IMG/VR virus record: IMGVR_UViG_3300044262_000032
Span: 1-64,000 of that record
Reading direction: 5' to 3' (one strand)
Origin: a virus
Taxonomy: Duplodnaviria; Caudoviricetes
DNA: 64,000 bases
Of the stretch, positions 28,085 through 38,406 are shown piece after piece. The notes beneath the pieces are model-generated. The model was not told the DNA's origin and ran no database searches. It saw nothing but the letters and a program-made list of their open reading frames with translations. The position numbers were made by a program, and so were the translations under genes. How positions within the stretch are numbered: the first letter of the stretch is position 1; each line of letters opens with the position of its first letter.

Positions 28085-28435
28085 ATGCTTACTGACAAAG
28101 AAATGGAACTTGTTGTAAAGCTAGGGCAACAAGTCACTACAATCGGCACGGATGTCTGGTCAATTTATCGAAGTCAGGCAAAGGTTAGTGCGGTGATTGA
28201 TTGTCTTCAGTATTCACTTCTAGCCGGGTTCTGGACCACGTTAAGTTTTAAGTGGAAAAAGATAATGGAGTTGGTCGAAGATAATGAAGGGCTGGCGGTA
28301 ATCAGTTTCTTCGGGGGAGTTTTTATGGTTGTCATAACTGCGATTGCGTTTTTCGCGGTATACGACACCATAACTGCTCTTGTCAATCCTGACTATTGGG
28401 CACTAAATAAGCTGATTTCGAAGCTGAAGGGCTAG
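28085..28435 (+). CDS. membrane protein
   Basis: AAGGAG SD; two hydrophobic segments. Confidence 0.65.
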   Translation: MLTDKEMELVVKLGQQVTTIGTDVWSIYRSQAKVSAVIDCLQYSLLAGFWTTLSFKWKKIMELVEDNEGLAVISFFGGVFMVVITAIAFFAVYDTITALVNPDYWALNKLISKLKG

Positions 28436-28443
28436 GAGATCCT

Positions 28444-30129
28444 ATGCACCTTTCGTTTGAAGATACCTTCCGCACCTACCTCAAAGGCTCATTCCCAATC
28501 ATCAACATTCAGACCAGAGAGGTAGACAGAACAACTGCTGCCCTTTTGGAGCAGACTAGAAAATGGAATGATCGTTTGATGAAGATGACTCTGCCTGAGG
28601 ATAAGCAGCATCTGAAGATAGATGGCTACTCCGTTATGACCTGGGACTGTATCAATGGTTGGCGTGATGCGGTCAATCGCAAGATTATGATAGACAACAC
28701 GGGTAAAACTCCCCAAGATGGGCTCAAATGGCTTATAGGGGATCAGCCTCGTGCCGGTGTCTATATCATGCAGAACGCCCACATGTTCTATGGTGACACT
28801 TATACGCTTCCTGAGCTTATCCAGCTCTTTCGTGAGCAGTATGAGCAGGGGAAACAGCACAATCGTCATCTGTTTCTAGTAGGTGATTCGGGTGAGTTGC
28901 CGGTTGAGCTTCAACCTTTGACCGTAGTTATTGACTTCCCACTTCCTTCACTCAAGGAACTCGAAGTCTATGTGAGTGACTATGTGGAGAGTCAGGGACT
29001 ACAGATATCAGCCGCAACTGCGAAGGCTGCTGCCGACGCCGCTACTGGTATGACTGTCTACGAGGTAGAGTCTGCCATCTGTGTGGCAGCTGCTGTCAGT
29101 AATGGGAAGGACATTGACCGTGACATCGTCTTCGCGGAAAAAGCTAAAGCAGTCAAACGATCCGGTCTCTTGGAACACATTCCTACGGATGCAACATTGG
29201 CCCAAATCGGAGGGCTGGAAAACTTCAAGGGCTGGCTCAACAAAGTCAGTGCGCCGTTCAAAGATCCAGAAGCCGCAAGAGAGTACGGACTCCCCATGCC
29301 CAAGGGCTGTCTTGTTGCGGGGATATCGGGGACCGGGAAGAGTGCTGCCGCGAAAGCTACGGCAAACTTGTTTGGAGTGCCTCTCTTCAGGCTCGACATC
29401 GGTAGAGTGTTTGGAGGATTGGTTGGAGAGACTGAGCGCAAAACTCGTCAGCTCATCCAGCTCATGGAAGCAGTCGCACCTGGCGTTATCCTCATTGATG
29501 AAGTCGAGAAGGCTCTCGCGGGTCTCGGCTCCTCCGACGCGACAGACTCGGGCGTTACTGCTCGACTGATGTCCAATCTTCTGTACTGGCTACAAGAGAA
29601 AACTGTTCCTATCTATATCATGGCCACCGCTAACGAGGTAGGAAAGCTGCCGCCCGAAATGCTGCGTAAAGGACGCTTCGATGAGTTGTGGTTTGTAGAT
29701 TTGCCCACCGAGATTGAGCGTAGAGCAATCATGCAGATTCATCTGGAGAAGACTGGACGAAGCATTAAGCAGTTCAAGGGGTTTGAAGTCCTCGCGGGTA
29801 ACCCGACCCTTGGCTACACGGGTGCAGAGATTGAAGCGGTTGTCAAGCAGGCAATGTTTGATGCGTTTAGTGATGGACAGAGAGAGTTTACTCTTCTTGA
29901 TATTCAGAACGCTATCAACCAAACCGTTCCGCTCATCAAGACGAAGTCTAAAGAAATCGCTGACTTGCGAGCCTGGGCCTCAAACAAGGCTCGGCAAGCT
30001 AATGCTGGTGAGAGTGTGCAGATTGCAGCCATTCCTGAAAAGAAGGGGTCTGGGATCTTCTTTGACGGGGACGCTTTTCAAGCACTTGAAAAAGGAACTC
30101 GCCGCCGCAGTAGACGAGAAGACGGCTAA
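28444..30129 (+). CDS. AAA+ ATPase, Ycf46/SpoVK-like
   Basis: GGLENFK, Walker A GISGTGKS, Walker B ILIDEVEK, ATAN, LRKGRFDE, GYTGAEIE. Confidence 0.92.
   Translation: MHLSFEDTFRTYLKGSFPIINIQTREVDRTTAALLEQTRKWNDRLMKMTLPEDKQHLKIDGYSVMTWDCINGWRDAVNRKIMIDNTGKTPQDGLKWLIGDQPRAGVYIMQNAHMFYGDTYTLPELIQLFREQYEQGKQHNRHLFLVGDSGELPVELQPLTVVIDFPLPSLKELEVYVSDYVESQGLQISAATAKAAADAATGMTVYEVESAICVAAAVSNGKDIDRDIVFAEKAKAVKRSGLLEHIPTDATLAQIGGLENFKGWLNKVSAPFKDPEAAREYGLPMPKGCLVAGISGTGKSAAAKATANLFGVPLFRLDIGRVFGGLVGETERKTRQLIQLMEAVAPGVILIDEVEKALAGLGSSDATDSGVTARLMSNLLYWLQEKTVPIYIMATANEVGKLPPEMLRKGRFDELWFVDLPTEIERRAIMQIHLEKTGRSIKQFKGFEVLAGNPTLGYTGAEIEAVVKQAMFDAFSDGQREFTLLDIQNAINQTVPLIKTKSKEIADLRAWASNKARQANAGESVQIAAIPEKKGSGIFFDGDAFQALEKGTRRRSRREDG
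30075..30092. repeat. dispersed palindrome, copy 4
   Basis: TTTTCAAG-CA-CTTGAAAA in the 3' end of the AAA gene, ~40 bp upstream of a -35 box. Confidence 0.75.
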
Positions 30130-30131
30130 CC

Positions 30132-30160
30132 TTGACAAGGCTCAGCCGGCGCTGTACTGT
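30132..30160 (+). promoter_or_regulatory. sigma70-type promoter
   Basis: TTGACA-17 bp-TACTGT upstream of the initiator gene. Confidence 0.65.
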
Positions 30161-30189
30161 CTATAGGTAACTTCTCAAGGGGGCGGTTT

Positions 30190-31266
30190 ATGAGTTCACG
30201 ATTTGTCGAAGATCCTCGATTTGTTCGTAAGTATGATGTGCGGGTGGAGATGATGGTTGGTACAAGAGCCGCCATTTTCATTCAGCAAGTTCACTACCAC
30301 GCTACTTGGAAAAGTGAAAAGTACAAGACGCTGGAATGGCGTTCTTCTATTTCAGAATGGGAGAAAACATTTCCGGGATGGAGTCGAAGCACAATCCGTC
30401 AGATCATAAAAGACTGTCATGCTTGTGGGGTATTAAAGATTCGTAAGGAGACTACTAGAGCAGGGGAGTCACATTGGTTTTCCCTCGACTACAAGATTCT
30501 TGATGAAATCGGTAGTAGAGGAGAACAAATGATAGAGGAGGTCTATGCCAAAAATGAGCATACCCCCGAGACCCCTGTCGAAAATCAGCAACCCCCCATG
30601 TCAGAAATTGACAAACCCCCTGTCGGAAATCAGCACCATCTACTACATCTTTCTACTACAGCAGTATCTACTACAAACAAAAGAAGCGATGCTACCGCAT
30701 CGCCATCGTACGAACTGCTACCAGCTCCACAAAAACTGCCGGAAACAGCAACAGCTCCTCCCCCGCGCCGCGCCACCCCCTCCTCAGCGGAGCTGAAGAA
30801 GACGATCCGCACGAAGCATCAGGAGCAGTATCAAAGGAACTATGATGAGAAACATTCCCCATCCACTCTTATGAAGCTCTGGCAGTTCATGCTGAATGAA
30901 GCACATGGGAAGAAAGCGGCTATTGGCTTTACCGCCAAGGATCGCAAGAATACAGATGCTTTCATCAAATGGTGCGATGAGTCTGGTGAAAGGGCAGACG
31001 AGTTGCTTAGCTGGTGCATTGCAAACTGGGATTCGTTGAGAGCGGTTCATATGAAGTGGGCAAATCTAACACCGATGCCTCTCTACGGTACAATCATGGG
31101 GTTGAAGGAATACTTCCTGACTAGCAAACGAGCAATTGGTGGCGGTAAACGTGAAGCGAAGCCGCGTGAAGTATTCACTTCGGTTGATCAGATCCCAATG
31201 GATCATCCGCTCCATGCTCAACTCAAGTTGATTGTTGAGACTGTAGGAAGGGCTGAGGTTCTATGA
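30190..31266 (+). CDS. phage replication initiator-like protein (N-terminal wHTH)
   Basis: AIFIQQVHY...W..SISEWEKTFPGWSRSTIRQII..L pattern; internal direct repeats; precedes DnaC-like and DnaB genes. Confidence 0.6.
   Translation: MSSRFVEDPRFVRKYDVRVEMMVGTRAAIFIQQVHYHATWKSEKYKTLEWRSSISEWEKTFPGWSRSTIRQIIKDCHACGVLKIRKETTRAGESHWFSLDYKILDEIGSRGEQMIEEVYAKNEHTPETPVENQQPPMSEIDKPPVGNQHHLLHLSTTAVSTTNKRSDATASPSYELLPAPQKLPETATAPPPRRATPSSAELKKTIRTKHQEQYQRNYDEKHSPSTLMKLWQFMLNEAHGKKAAIGFTAKDRKNTDAFIKWCDESGERADELLSWCIANWDSLRAVHMKWANLTPMPLYGTIMGLKEYFLTSKRAIGGGKREAKPREVFTSVDQIPMDHPLHAQLKLIVETVGRAEVL
30571..30675. repeat. iteron-like repeats, candidate replication origin
   Basis: TGTCNRAAATYRRCA at 30576, 30599 and 30621, then TCTACTACA at 30639, 30652 and 30667. 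Confidence 0.55.
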
Positions 31267-31482
31267 GTGACATCCAGGATTATGGTGTAATACTGTGGAG
31301 CGTCATTCGACAGGTTTGTAAAGCATTATGGCTATTCGCACTGATTCCTATCTTTACACTAGGCATGATGTTCGCTCTGCCTGTCCTGTGCATTGTCGTC
31401 TTTGCGAGATTAGCAGCCATATTGCTTATGACACAGCACAAGCCTGCCAGAACTGTACTGATGAAGACACTTAGAGGGGAGA

Positions 31483-31740
31483 ATGATGCTGACACAGACG
31501 GTGACTATTCCAATCTGGAAGTTGGGTTTAATGTCGATCTTGAGCGTGATCTTGTGGGAGCTAGTCAAGTACGGCGTGAAAGATCTGTTGCAAATCGCCT
31601 ACTATAAGCGGGAGAGTATCGACATTACACTCAAGGTGAAAGTCTACTTCTGGGATTGGGGCGGTCGACTTCATTTCGAAGAACAGGGCTACACACGAAA
31701 GCTGCCACCTATCGACTTTAAGGACTTTGTAAAGAAATGA
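31483..31740 (+). CDS. hypothetical membrane protein
   Basis: GGGGAG SD; hydrophobic N-terminus. Confidence 0.45.
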   Translation: MMLTQTVTIPIWKLGLMSILSVILWELVKYGVKDLLQIAYYKRESIDITLKVKVYFWDWGGRLHFEEQGYTRKLPPIDFKDFVKK

Positions 31741-32264
31741 TAATTGAAAATGTCTTTGACAAGATTAAGGAGGGGATGCTCCATGCGGGCGTCCCCTCTA
31801 GTTTTGTCTCTGCATCAATGAAGCCTCTGGATGAGACTACCGGCAAGAGAGTTAAGCTAGCCGTAAAGTTGATGGAAACGAAACCCTTGATCTTTGTAAC
31901 AGGGGTAGACTCCCCGATTAAAGATACTGTATGTGCCCAAATTATGTATCAGTATATGCTGGCGCACAATAAGAATGGGTTGTGGCTTACTCCATCAACT
32001 ATCCCAACCTCATTCACGGAGGAGCGTCTCAAGACCCGAGGCATCACGGTCATTCTGGGATTAGAGATTCTACAGGTCTTTCAAATAAAGGCAGTAGCAC
32101 AGCTTCTTAGGGATAGATTGCCACATGGCGCAGCCTTTATCATCAGTATGGGGACAGATACGGCTCATGAAGCTATTTTCGGAGCAGATCTAACTGACTA
32201 CCTCTCCCACTATGCCGTCATGTTCAATGTGAAGAGTGAACGGCAAGAGATAGCGAAGGTGTAG
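31737..32264 (+). CDS. degenerate DnaC/IstB-like helicase loader
   Basis: AGVP..F...S...LIFVTG...CAQIM..LILG layout; no intact GKT; located directly before DnaB. Confidence 0.45.
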   Translation: MIIENVFDKIKEGMLHAGVPSSFVSASMKPLDETTGKRVKLAVKLMETKPLIFVTGVDSPIKDTVCAQIMYQYMLAHNKNGLWLTPSTIPTSFTEERLKTRGITVILGLEILQVFQIKAVAQLLRDRLPHGAAFIISMGTDTAHEAIFGADLTDYLSHYAVMFNVKSERQEIAKV

Positions 32265-32265
32265 T

Positions 32266-33552
32266 TTGCAGTCAATTGGACTGAACCTCATTGCTCGTAT
32301 TCTTGAGGACGGCCGGCTATCGGACTTCTATTCTCTCAAGAGGGAATACTTCTACGAGAGCGAAGTCCCGATTTACGACCGAGTACACGACCATGTGAAA
32401 GCACATGGGGTTCTGCCCTCACTCAGTATGCTACAGCGTCATGCGGACATTGATCCGCCAGATTCACCAGATCCGTATGGCGTTTGGCGTGACGAGTATG
32501 TGGGTCGGGCCATGCACAATCAGTTCGGCGCACTCATGCCTATCCTCAATCGTCTGCTGTCAGCTGGAAAGCCGATGGATGCGGTCAACGAAGTTATTCG
32601 CTTCGTAGAGCAGACTCAGTCCATTCGGTCTGATGGCGCACGGGATCTAACAAATATGGTCGTGATTGGGGAGGAGGTACTTGCCGAGTTTCAGAGATTA
32701 CGCAGCCTACAGGGGTTGTCTGGGATTCCATCGGGATGGAGATCACTCGACGCCACTACTCACGGTTTTCAGAGAGGCGATCTGATCGTATTTGCTGCGC
32801 GTCCTGGAGTTGGCAAATCAACAGTTGCGGCAAGATTGGCAATAGAGGCACACCGAGCTGGGCACATTCCCTTGATAGTCTCAATGGAAATGAAGAGACT
32901 CCAACTTGGTGCTAGACTCGTCGGTATTTTGGGTGGACTCAATATGAGAACACTTAGACGAGGAGAATTGGTAACTCCGGTAGAGGAGTTAATAGCCTCA
33001 GCGGTTGCTGAATTAAATGCAAAACTGCCGTTCTATTTTATTGAGGGGCAGTTTAGACAGGATGTGAATGAGCTGGCAGCACTGGTACACTCCCTAGCTC
33101 CCGCGCTTCTGATTGTAGATGGCGCATACCTCCTTAAACTGCCGGGGGCTAACTCGCGGATGCCTCTCTGGGAGCGAATTGGGGAGATTGCACAGCGACT
33201 CAAGACTCTCGCCGCGACTACATCCATTCCTACAATTTGCACCTTTCAGATTAACCGTGAAGGCGGTAAGAAAGACAAAAGTGGGAATGATCTTGGTGTT
33301 GAGCATCTTCAGTTGTCTGATGCAATCGGACAGTTGGCCTCTCTGATAGTCGCGGTCTTTAACGACGAAGAAGAAGATGCTTTAGATCAGGATCGTCGTC
33401 GTCGATTGAAGATCCTCAAAGGCAGAGAGGGTGAAGCAGGAGAGTTCTACATTCATTGGAATTGGGATCGATGTGACTTTAGTGAGGTCGCTAGTGATGA
33501 TATCCAGATAATCGAGGAATCTAGAGAACAGGAGAACCCGATCAATGAGTGA
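32266..33552 (+). CDS. dnaB: DnaB-like replicative helicase
   Basis: GFQRGDLIVFAARPGVGKST, SMEM, VDGAYL, TFQINRE, LKGREG; TTG start. Confidence 0.93.
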   Translation: MQSIGLNLIARILEDGRLSDFYSLKREYFYESEVPIYDRVHDHVKAHGVLPSLSMLQRHADIDPPDSPDPYGVWRDEYVGRAMHNQFGALMPILNRLLSAGKPMDAVNEVIRFVEQTQSIRSDGARDLTNMVVIGEEVLAEFQRLRSLQGLSGIPSGWRSLDATTHGFQRGDLIVFAARPGVGKSTVAARLAIEAHRAGHIPLIVSMEMKRLQLGARLVGILGGLNMRTLRRGELVTPVEELIASAVAELNAKLPFYFIEGQFRQDVNELAALVHSLAPALLIVDGAYLLKLPGANSRMPLWERIGEIAQRLKTLAATTSIPTICTFQINREGGKKDKSGNDLGVEHLQLSDAIGQLASLIVAVFNDEEEDALDQDRRRRLKILKGREGEAGEFYIHWNWDRCDFSEVASDDIQIIEESREQENPINE

Positions 33553-33796
33553 CGCTTTACAAGCGCTTGAACACCAGATGTTGATTGAAGAGGTAGATAT
33601 CGCAGGTCAGTCTGTTGTTGGTGAGAACATTCAATCTCTCGAAGTTCCAAACAAGAGCTTTCCGGCGTGGAAGCTGGAGTACAAGGACTATGATGGCATA
33701 CGAGTTCTCGTGGCAGCAGGCGTTCCTGTTCTTATCCGTGGGCGCAAGCTTACACCTATCGTGGAAGATACGGAAGTCTACATTGAGGAGGAGTGA
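33545..33796 (+). CDS. hypothetical protein
   Basis: GGAG SD; overlaps the dnaB stop. Confidence 0.55.
   Translation: MSDALQALEHQMLIEEVDIAGQSVVGENIQSLEVPNKSFPAWKLEYKDYDGIRVLVAAGVPVLIRGRKLTPIVEDTEVYIEEE
33556..33573. repeat. dispersed palindrome, copy 5
   Basis: TTTACAAG-CG-CTTGAACA at the dnaB/next gene junction. Confidence 0.6.
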
Positions 33797-33797
33797 A

Positions 33798-34076
33798 ATG
33801 CAGAGCGTAAAGTGCAGTAGATGTGACAAGACCAATGCGTATGAGTATGTGGCTCGGTATGGTAGATGTAATTTCTGTGGTATGTCCTTCAAGACTCAGC
33901 GTTCGGATACTGCCTTTGATAACAGCGCATTTGTCACACAGGTAGTTAACACTGCAATCATGGCCGATATTGCAAATTCTACGTTTGACAGCCCTGGCGA
34001 TTCTGGCTCCTCCGGGGGTTTTGATGGAGGTGGCGGTGGGGATTTTGGAGGTGGGGGATGCAGTGGAGACTTTTAA
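33798..34076 (+). CDS. hypothetical protein with zinc ribbon and Gly-rich tail
   Basis: CSRC..CNFC; GGFDGGGGGDFGGGG C-terminus. Confidence 0.6.
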   Translation: MQSVKCSRCDKTNAYEYVARYGRCNFCGMSFKTQRSDTAFDNSAFVTQVVNTAIMADIANSTFDSPGDSGSSGGFDGGGGGDFGGGGCSGDF

Positions 34077-34200
34077 TAGTAGTGCTTCTGCTCTGCTCAC
34101 TAGGATGTACCGCTAAGTTCACAGGGGAGATTTCAGTAATGAAACGCTGGGATCGCCCTGGGGAAATCTCTAAGATCGAAACCACAAGTGGAGAGCAGAA

Positions 34201-34635
34201 ATGAAAAAGACAGACGAGGGCTCCTGGCTCTCAATGCTCAAGATGGAACTGTCACTAATCGACAATTCCGATCTGAAAGAGCCGAAGTTGGAGCTGGGCG
34301 AAGATGACAATAAGGATGAGACTATTGTAGGAACAGCCTCACTAGAAGCGAGAAAGCTCTGGACTTATTCACTCGCCATGGAAGAAAAGGCTACTAGAAG
34401 TCTGGTCGACGCGAAGTATGAGGAGAGCGTTGACAAGAGAGAGGCGCTGATGAAGATCGCGGCTGAGACTAGAGCGAAGTCTGATATGGCGCACAGTATT
34501 CTTTTCCTATCCCTTCGTGATCAGTTTGGAATCTGGAACCCAACACTTGGTGTTGGAATCAGATCTGGCTGGAAGGTAGTCTCCTTTAAGTCAAAGAGTA
34601 ATCCGCTGTTGGATCTTCTGAGAGGGGATCTATAA
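34201..34635 (+). CDS. hypothetical protein
   Basis: GGAGAG SD; 144 aa. Confidence 0.65.
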   Translation: MKKTDEGSWLSMLKMELSLIDNSDLKEPKLELGEDDNKDETIVGTASLEARKLWTYSLAMEEKATRSLVDAKYEESVDKREALMKIAAETRAKSDMAHSILFLSLRDQFGIWNPTLGVGIRSGWKVVSFKSKSNPLLDLLRGDL

Positions 34636-34638
34636 GAC

Positions 34639-35595
34639 ATGAACAAGGGCAATGTGGTGCATCTGCTCCAATTGCTCGGTGCAGAACGGATTACGGATAG
34701 CAATGACTGGGTAAAGGCGTCGTGTGTCTTTGCGCCCTGGACTCATTCTAAAGGCACCGATACCCGTCCGTCATTCGGTATTAGTGTTGGCAAACAGAGT
34801 CACTATCATTGCTTTACCTGCGGGCGTAAGGGGCCTCTTCCTATTCTCGTTACAGCACTCTGTATGCTGCGAGGCAGTGACAACTTAGAGGCGCGTGAAT
34901 TTGTAATGGAGAACGAGGATCTCTCAATCGAAGAATACGAGAATTACAAAGATCCAGAACCTCTAGCGATCCTTTCTCCGACATTACTTCAGAAGTTTGA
35001 GCCTGCGGATATGAAGCTTTCGATAGTTCAAAAGAGGGGAATTCTGCCCAACACTATTGTCAAGTTCAATCTCCGCTACGACAACTACGAGAAGCGTTTG
35101 ATCTTCCCGGTTAGGGATAGAGAACGCAATCTTGTAGGATTTCGCGGACGGGCGACGTTGGACTCTGACAAATTAAAGTACCGAGAGTATTCCGAACTCG
35201 CTCCGAAGAAGCAGTCATTGAAGGGGCATGGGTTATGGTATGGTATTGACTTCTTGCCTCCGCCTGACAAAAAGGTGATTCTTGTTGAAGGCGAGATGGA
35301 CGCGATCAAGTTATCTCAGGCAATTCATCTGCGTGACGGCATTCTCGCGTCAATGGGGGCATCAATCTCCGATGCTCAGATAAAGACCATTCAGGGGATA
35401 CGCAATCCAGTAGTTCTGTTTTTCGACAATGATGAGGCAGGCAAGCAAGCCACCAATAAGATTCTGTCTAAACTAAAGGGCGTAAAGCCTTGTATTTTCA
35501 TCATTCGAGACTATGCTGGCTGTAAAGACCCCGACGAGATTGCCAGTAAAGGTAGGTTGAAAGTTGCTTTGCAGTCGATGGAAATGATCGCTTGA
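34639..35595 (+). CDS. dnaG: DnaG-type primase
   Basis: C..H..D..PSF..YHCFTCG zinc finger; TOPRIM VEGEMD and FFDNDEAG. Confidence 0.93.
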   Translation: MNKGNVVHLLQLLGAERITDSNDWVKASCVFAPWTHSKGTDTRPSFGISVGKQSHYHCFTCGRKGPLPILVTALCMLRGSDNLEAREFVMENEDLSIEEYENYKDPEPLAILSPTLLQKFEPADMKLSIVQKRGILPNTIVKFNLRYDNYEKRLIFPVRDRERNLVGFRGRATLDSDKLKYREYSELAPKKQSLKGHGLWYGIDFLPPPDKKVILVEGEMDAIKLSQAIHLRDGILASMGASISDAQIKTIQGIRNPVVLFFDNDEAGKQATNKILSKLKGVKPCIFIIRDYAGCKDPDEIASKGRLKVALQSMEMIA

Positions 35596-35620
35596 CATGG
35601 CTATGGTGAGGTGAGATACT
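35592..35620 (+). promoter_or_regulatory. sigma70-type promoter
   Basis: TTGACA-17 bp-GATACT upstream of the SSB gene. Confidence 0.6.
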
Positions 35621-35722
35621 CTTCGTATTCTAACAACACTATACGAAAGGAGAGTATATGAACTGATGTAGCTGCGGCTGACAAAACAACTAACAACCAC
35701 TAACTAAAAGAGGAAAACGAAA

Positions 35723-36511
35723 ATGGCAAAGGCCAAAGAGACTCCCGCCGAAGTTCCCGCAAGTGCAGCATGGTTCACTAAAGGTGAAGCAGGGTTTGAA
35801 CGTAAGCATCAGCAGGATAAATTCTCTGCGATGCGTAAAGAGAAGGGTGCGCCGCGCTTCTATCTCAAGGACAAGCCTGGTGATCACGAAGAAGGTTTTG
35901 GTCCGAGCAACGCCGCTCGTATCGTATTTCTGGATAGCGCTGGCTTCTGGATTCATGAGCACAACCTGAAGCTGGATGGCAAGTGGGGGAACTTCTTCAC
36001 TTGTGTCAAGGATTTTGCTCCTTGTGAAATCTGCAATCAGCTCAACGACAAGTCGATCTATACCTGCTACTTCACGGTTATCGACACTCGTAAGTTCCCG
36101 AAGAAGGACAGCAGTATCAGCAAGTTCCGTAAGGTTTTGCTTCCTGCCAAGGGTGCTGCGATTGATGTCATCGAGAATCTACGAAAGACGCATGGCGATC
36201 TTCGTGGACTTGTTGTTGACGTTAAGCGTCTGAGTGACCGTGATCCAAACTGTGGGCGTGACTACAATGTAGTCATTAAGGACGGCGCAGTCTATCGAAT
36301 CGATCCAAGCAAGCGATTCGAAGGGGATGCGTCAGTTCCCTATGACTACATGAAGATTCTCGCTCCGCCTTCCAACGAAGAGCTTGCCATTACCGGCGTG
36401 TCAGTTGTCCCGCTTGTCGGTTCTGCCGACGATCTGGATGATGAGGAAACCGCTACGGATACCCCGGCAGCGGCAGTCGACGCCGAAATCGACGCTCTTC
36501 TCGGGGAATAA
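35723..36511 (+). CDS. single-stranded DNA-binding protein, T4 gp32-like
   Basis: FYL...H..F.C...CEIC zinc site, YFTVID, acidic C-terminal tail. Confidence 0.75.
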   Translation: MAKAKETPAEVPASAAWFTKGEAGFERKHQQDKFSAMRKEKGAPRFYLKDKPGDHEEGFGPSNAARIVFLDSAGFWIHEHNLKLDGKWGNFFTCVKDFAPCEICNQLNDKSIYTCYFTVIDTRKFPKKDSSISKFRKVLLPAKGAAIDVIENLRKTHGDLRGLVVDVKRLSDRDPNCGRDYNVVIKDGAVYRIDPSKRFEGDASVPYDYMKILAPPSNEELAITGVSVVPLVGSADDLDDEETATDTPAAAVDAEIDALLGE

Positions 36512-36646
36512 TTAGGCAGTGGTAGGGGGTGAACAGTCGGTGTTTAGCCGACGACCGAGCAGCAACGGTGTTGCCACGTTCTCAGGGAGAGAACGACCAT
36601 AGTGGAGCTGCCCCGCTCATTTTCTTAGGATAGGAGGTGAGACCTT

Positions 36647-37954
36647 ATGAGTAAGCTTGTTGACCGCGTAGAACGTGTTGGCGCATGGGCTGAAGTAACA
36701 CTACTTCCCGGTACAGAAGCGGAGGCTCGTAAGCGTCTCACACTCAAGATGAAGGATACTAAGGTTGTACTGCCTCAGTATCGCAATCATGCTGACCCAC
36801 GGAGACTCTATGTTCCTCGTGGGTTAGTTTCCTCATGCGGTCTTCCTGTAGATGGCGATTGGGATACGCTTGGGGTAAAGTCAAAGCTGATTGAGCCTCG
36901 GGATGGTCAACAGAAGACCATTGATGAATTCCTCACTGCTGTTAAGACTACGCACCCCTATGGTGGAATACTGCAAGCCGTAACAGGTGCTGGTAAAACA
37001 GTCATGGCAATCGATATAGCCTGTACGCTGAATCTCAAGACTCTGATCATCGTTCCACGATCCTCTCTTGTGGATCAGTGGAAGAAGCAGATTCTGAATT
37101 GGACAGATTGTGAGGAAGAGGATATAGGTCTGATTCAGGGTCAGATTAGAAATTATCGTGATAAGCGATTTACGATTGCAATGATTCATACTCTCGCGCA
37201 GCAGTACAAGACCTATGAGAGAGATTTATTCAAGGCATTTGGCACAGTCATCTTCGATGAATGTCATGTAGTTGGCGCGGAGACTTTCTCCGAAACAGCT
37301 CCGCTCTTTATCTCTGCCTATCGAATTGGGCTTAGTGCTACACCTAGACGATTTGATGGGATGGACAATGTCTTCTATTGGCACATCGGAGGCATCGTTG
37401 CTAAGTTTACAAAGCTTCAAGCGAAGGCTAGAGTTCGTATTTTCCCCTACAGGGGTAATGATACTTCGCACAGCGGTTGCGTCTATGGTGGTGATCTTAA
37501 TCTTGGTCGATATCTTAATCGTATTGCACGGTCTTCATCTCGCCTCGCACTGGTTTCTAAAGTCACAGCTGCCTTAGCGAATAAGGGGCACGATATCCTA
37601 GTTCTTTCCGATCGTATTGCTCATCTTAACTCTATCCAAATGAGTCTTGTGAAAATGGGGGTAGATGCTAATGAGATTGGGTTTCTTATCGGAAACCGTA
37701 AGGAGCTTACGAAACGGATTATCTTGGGGACTTATGGCTCTGCAGGTATGGGCGTTGACATTCCACGACTCTCTGCCCTCGTGCTTGCGACTCCCAGATC
37801 GGATATCGAACAGGCTGTGGGACGGGTGCTTAGACAGGGCTCACCGATTGTTGTCGACTTCATTGATACTGCCTCAACAATCATGCAGAAGTGGGCCGGG
37901 TCACGACTCAAATTCTTTCGGAAGATAACTGATGACATTCAGAGGGCGGCATAA
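36647..37954 (+). CDS. superfamily II helicase (UvsW/XPB-like)
   Basis: AVTGAGKT, DECH, GLSATP, GMGVDIP, QAVGRVLR. Confidence 0.92.
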   Translation: MSKLVDRVERVGAWAEVTLLPGTEAEARKRLTLKMKDTKVVLPQYRNHADPRRLYVPRGLVSSCGLPVDGDWDTLGVKSKLIEPRDGQQKTIDEFLTAVKTTHPYGGILQAVTGAGKTVMAIDIACTLNLKTLIIVPRSSLVDQWKKQILNWTDCEEEDIGLIQGQIRNYRDKRFTIAMIHTLAQQYKTYERDLFKAFGTVIFDECHVVGAETFSETAPLFISAYRIGLSATPRRFDGMDNVFYWHIGGIVAKFTKLQAKARVRIFPYRGNDTSHSGCVYGGDLNLGRYLNRIARSSSRLALVSKVTAALANKGHDILVLSDRIAHLNSIQMSLVKMGVDANEIGFLIGNRKELTKRIILGTYGSAGMGVDIPRLSALVLATPRSDIEQAVGRVLRQGSPIVVDFIDTASTIMQKWAGSRLKFFRKITDDIQRAA

Positions 37955-38406
37955 TGCCAGCGACTAAAGACTACAATCGTGCGTATTGGAAGGCCAACAG
38001 ATCTCGCCTTCTACGCAGGAAGAAGGAGCGTTACGAGAAAGATGCAAAGTACCGCGAAGGTATTCTGAAGCGGTCACGGAAAGCGTACAGAGAGGCCCGT
38101 GTAATCTCGAAGGTACTGGAGATCCCAGTTGCTCCTACAAACGAAGAATTCAAGATTGTGGCAAAGGCCATTGTAAAGGGGATTGTCCATGAAAGTAAAA
38201 AAGATCGGCGCTCATCCAACCCTGTCCGTGGTAAAGAACGGAAATGTGACGCAAAAGAAGGGCAAGCCAAAGATGTTCAACGGCGAGCCAGCGGTAGTGA
38301 GAGTGTCGATGGGTACGACTCTAAATATGGGGAACTACCAAAGTCTACGCCTCGGCGTCGATCTGGCTCTGCCATGCTCACCTGCTCAGGTAGAACAAGC
38401 ATTTGA
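37954..38406 (+). CDS. basic hypothetical protein
   Basis: TAATG-type coupling to the helicase; 3' part overlaps the next ORF, so the end is uncertain. Confidence 0.4.
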   Translation: MPATKDYNRAYWKANRSRLLRRKKERYEKDAKYREGILKRSRKAYREARVISKVLEIPVAPTNEEFKIVAKAIVKGIVHESKKDRRSSNPVRGKERKCDAKEGQAKDVQRRASGSESVDGYDSKYGELPKSTPRRRSGSAMLTCSGRTSI

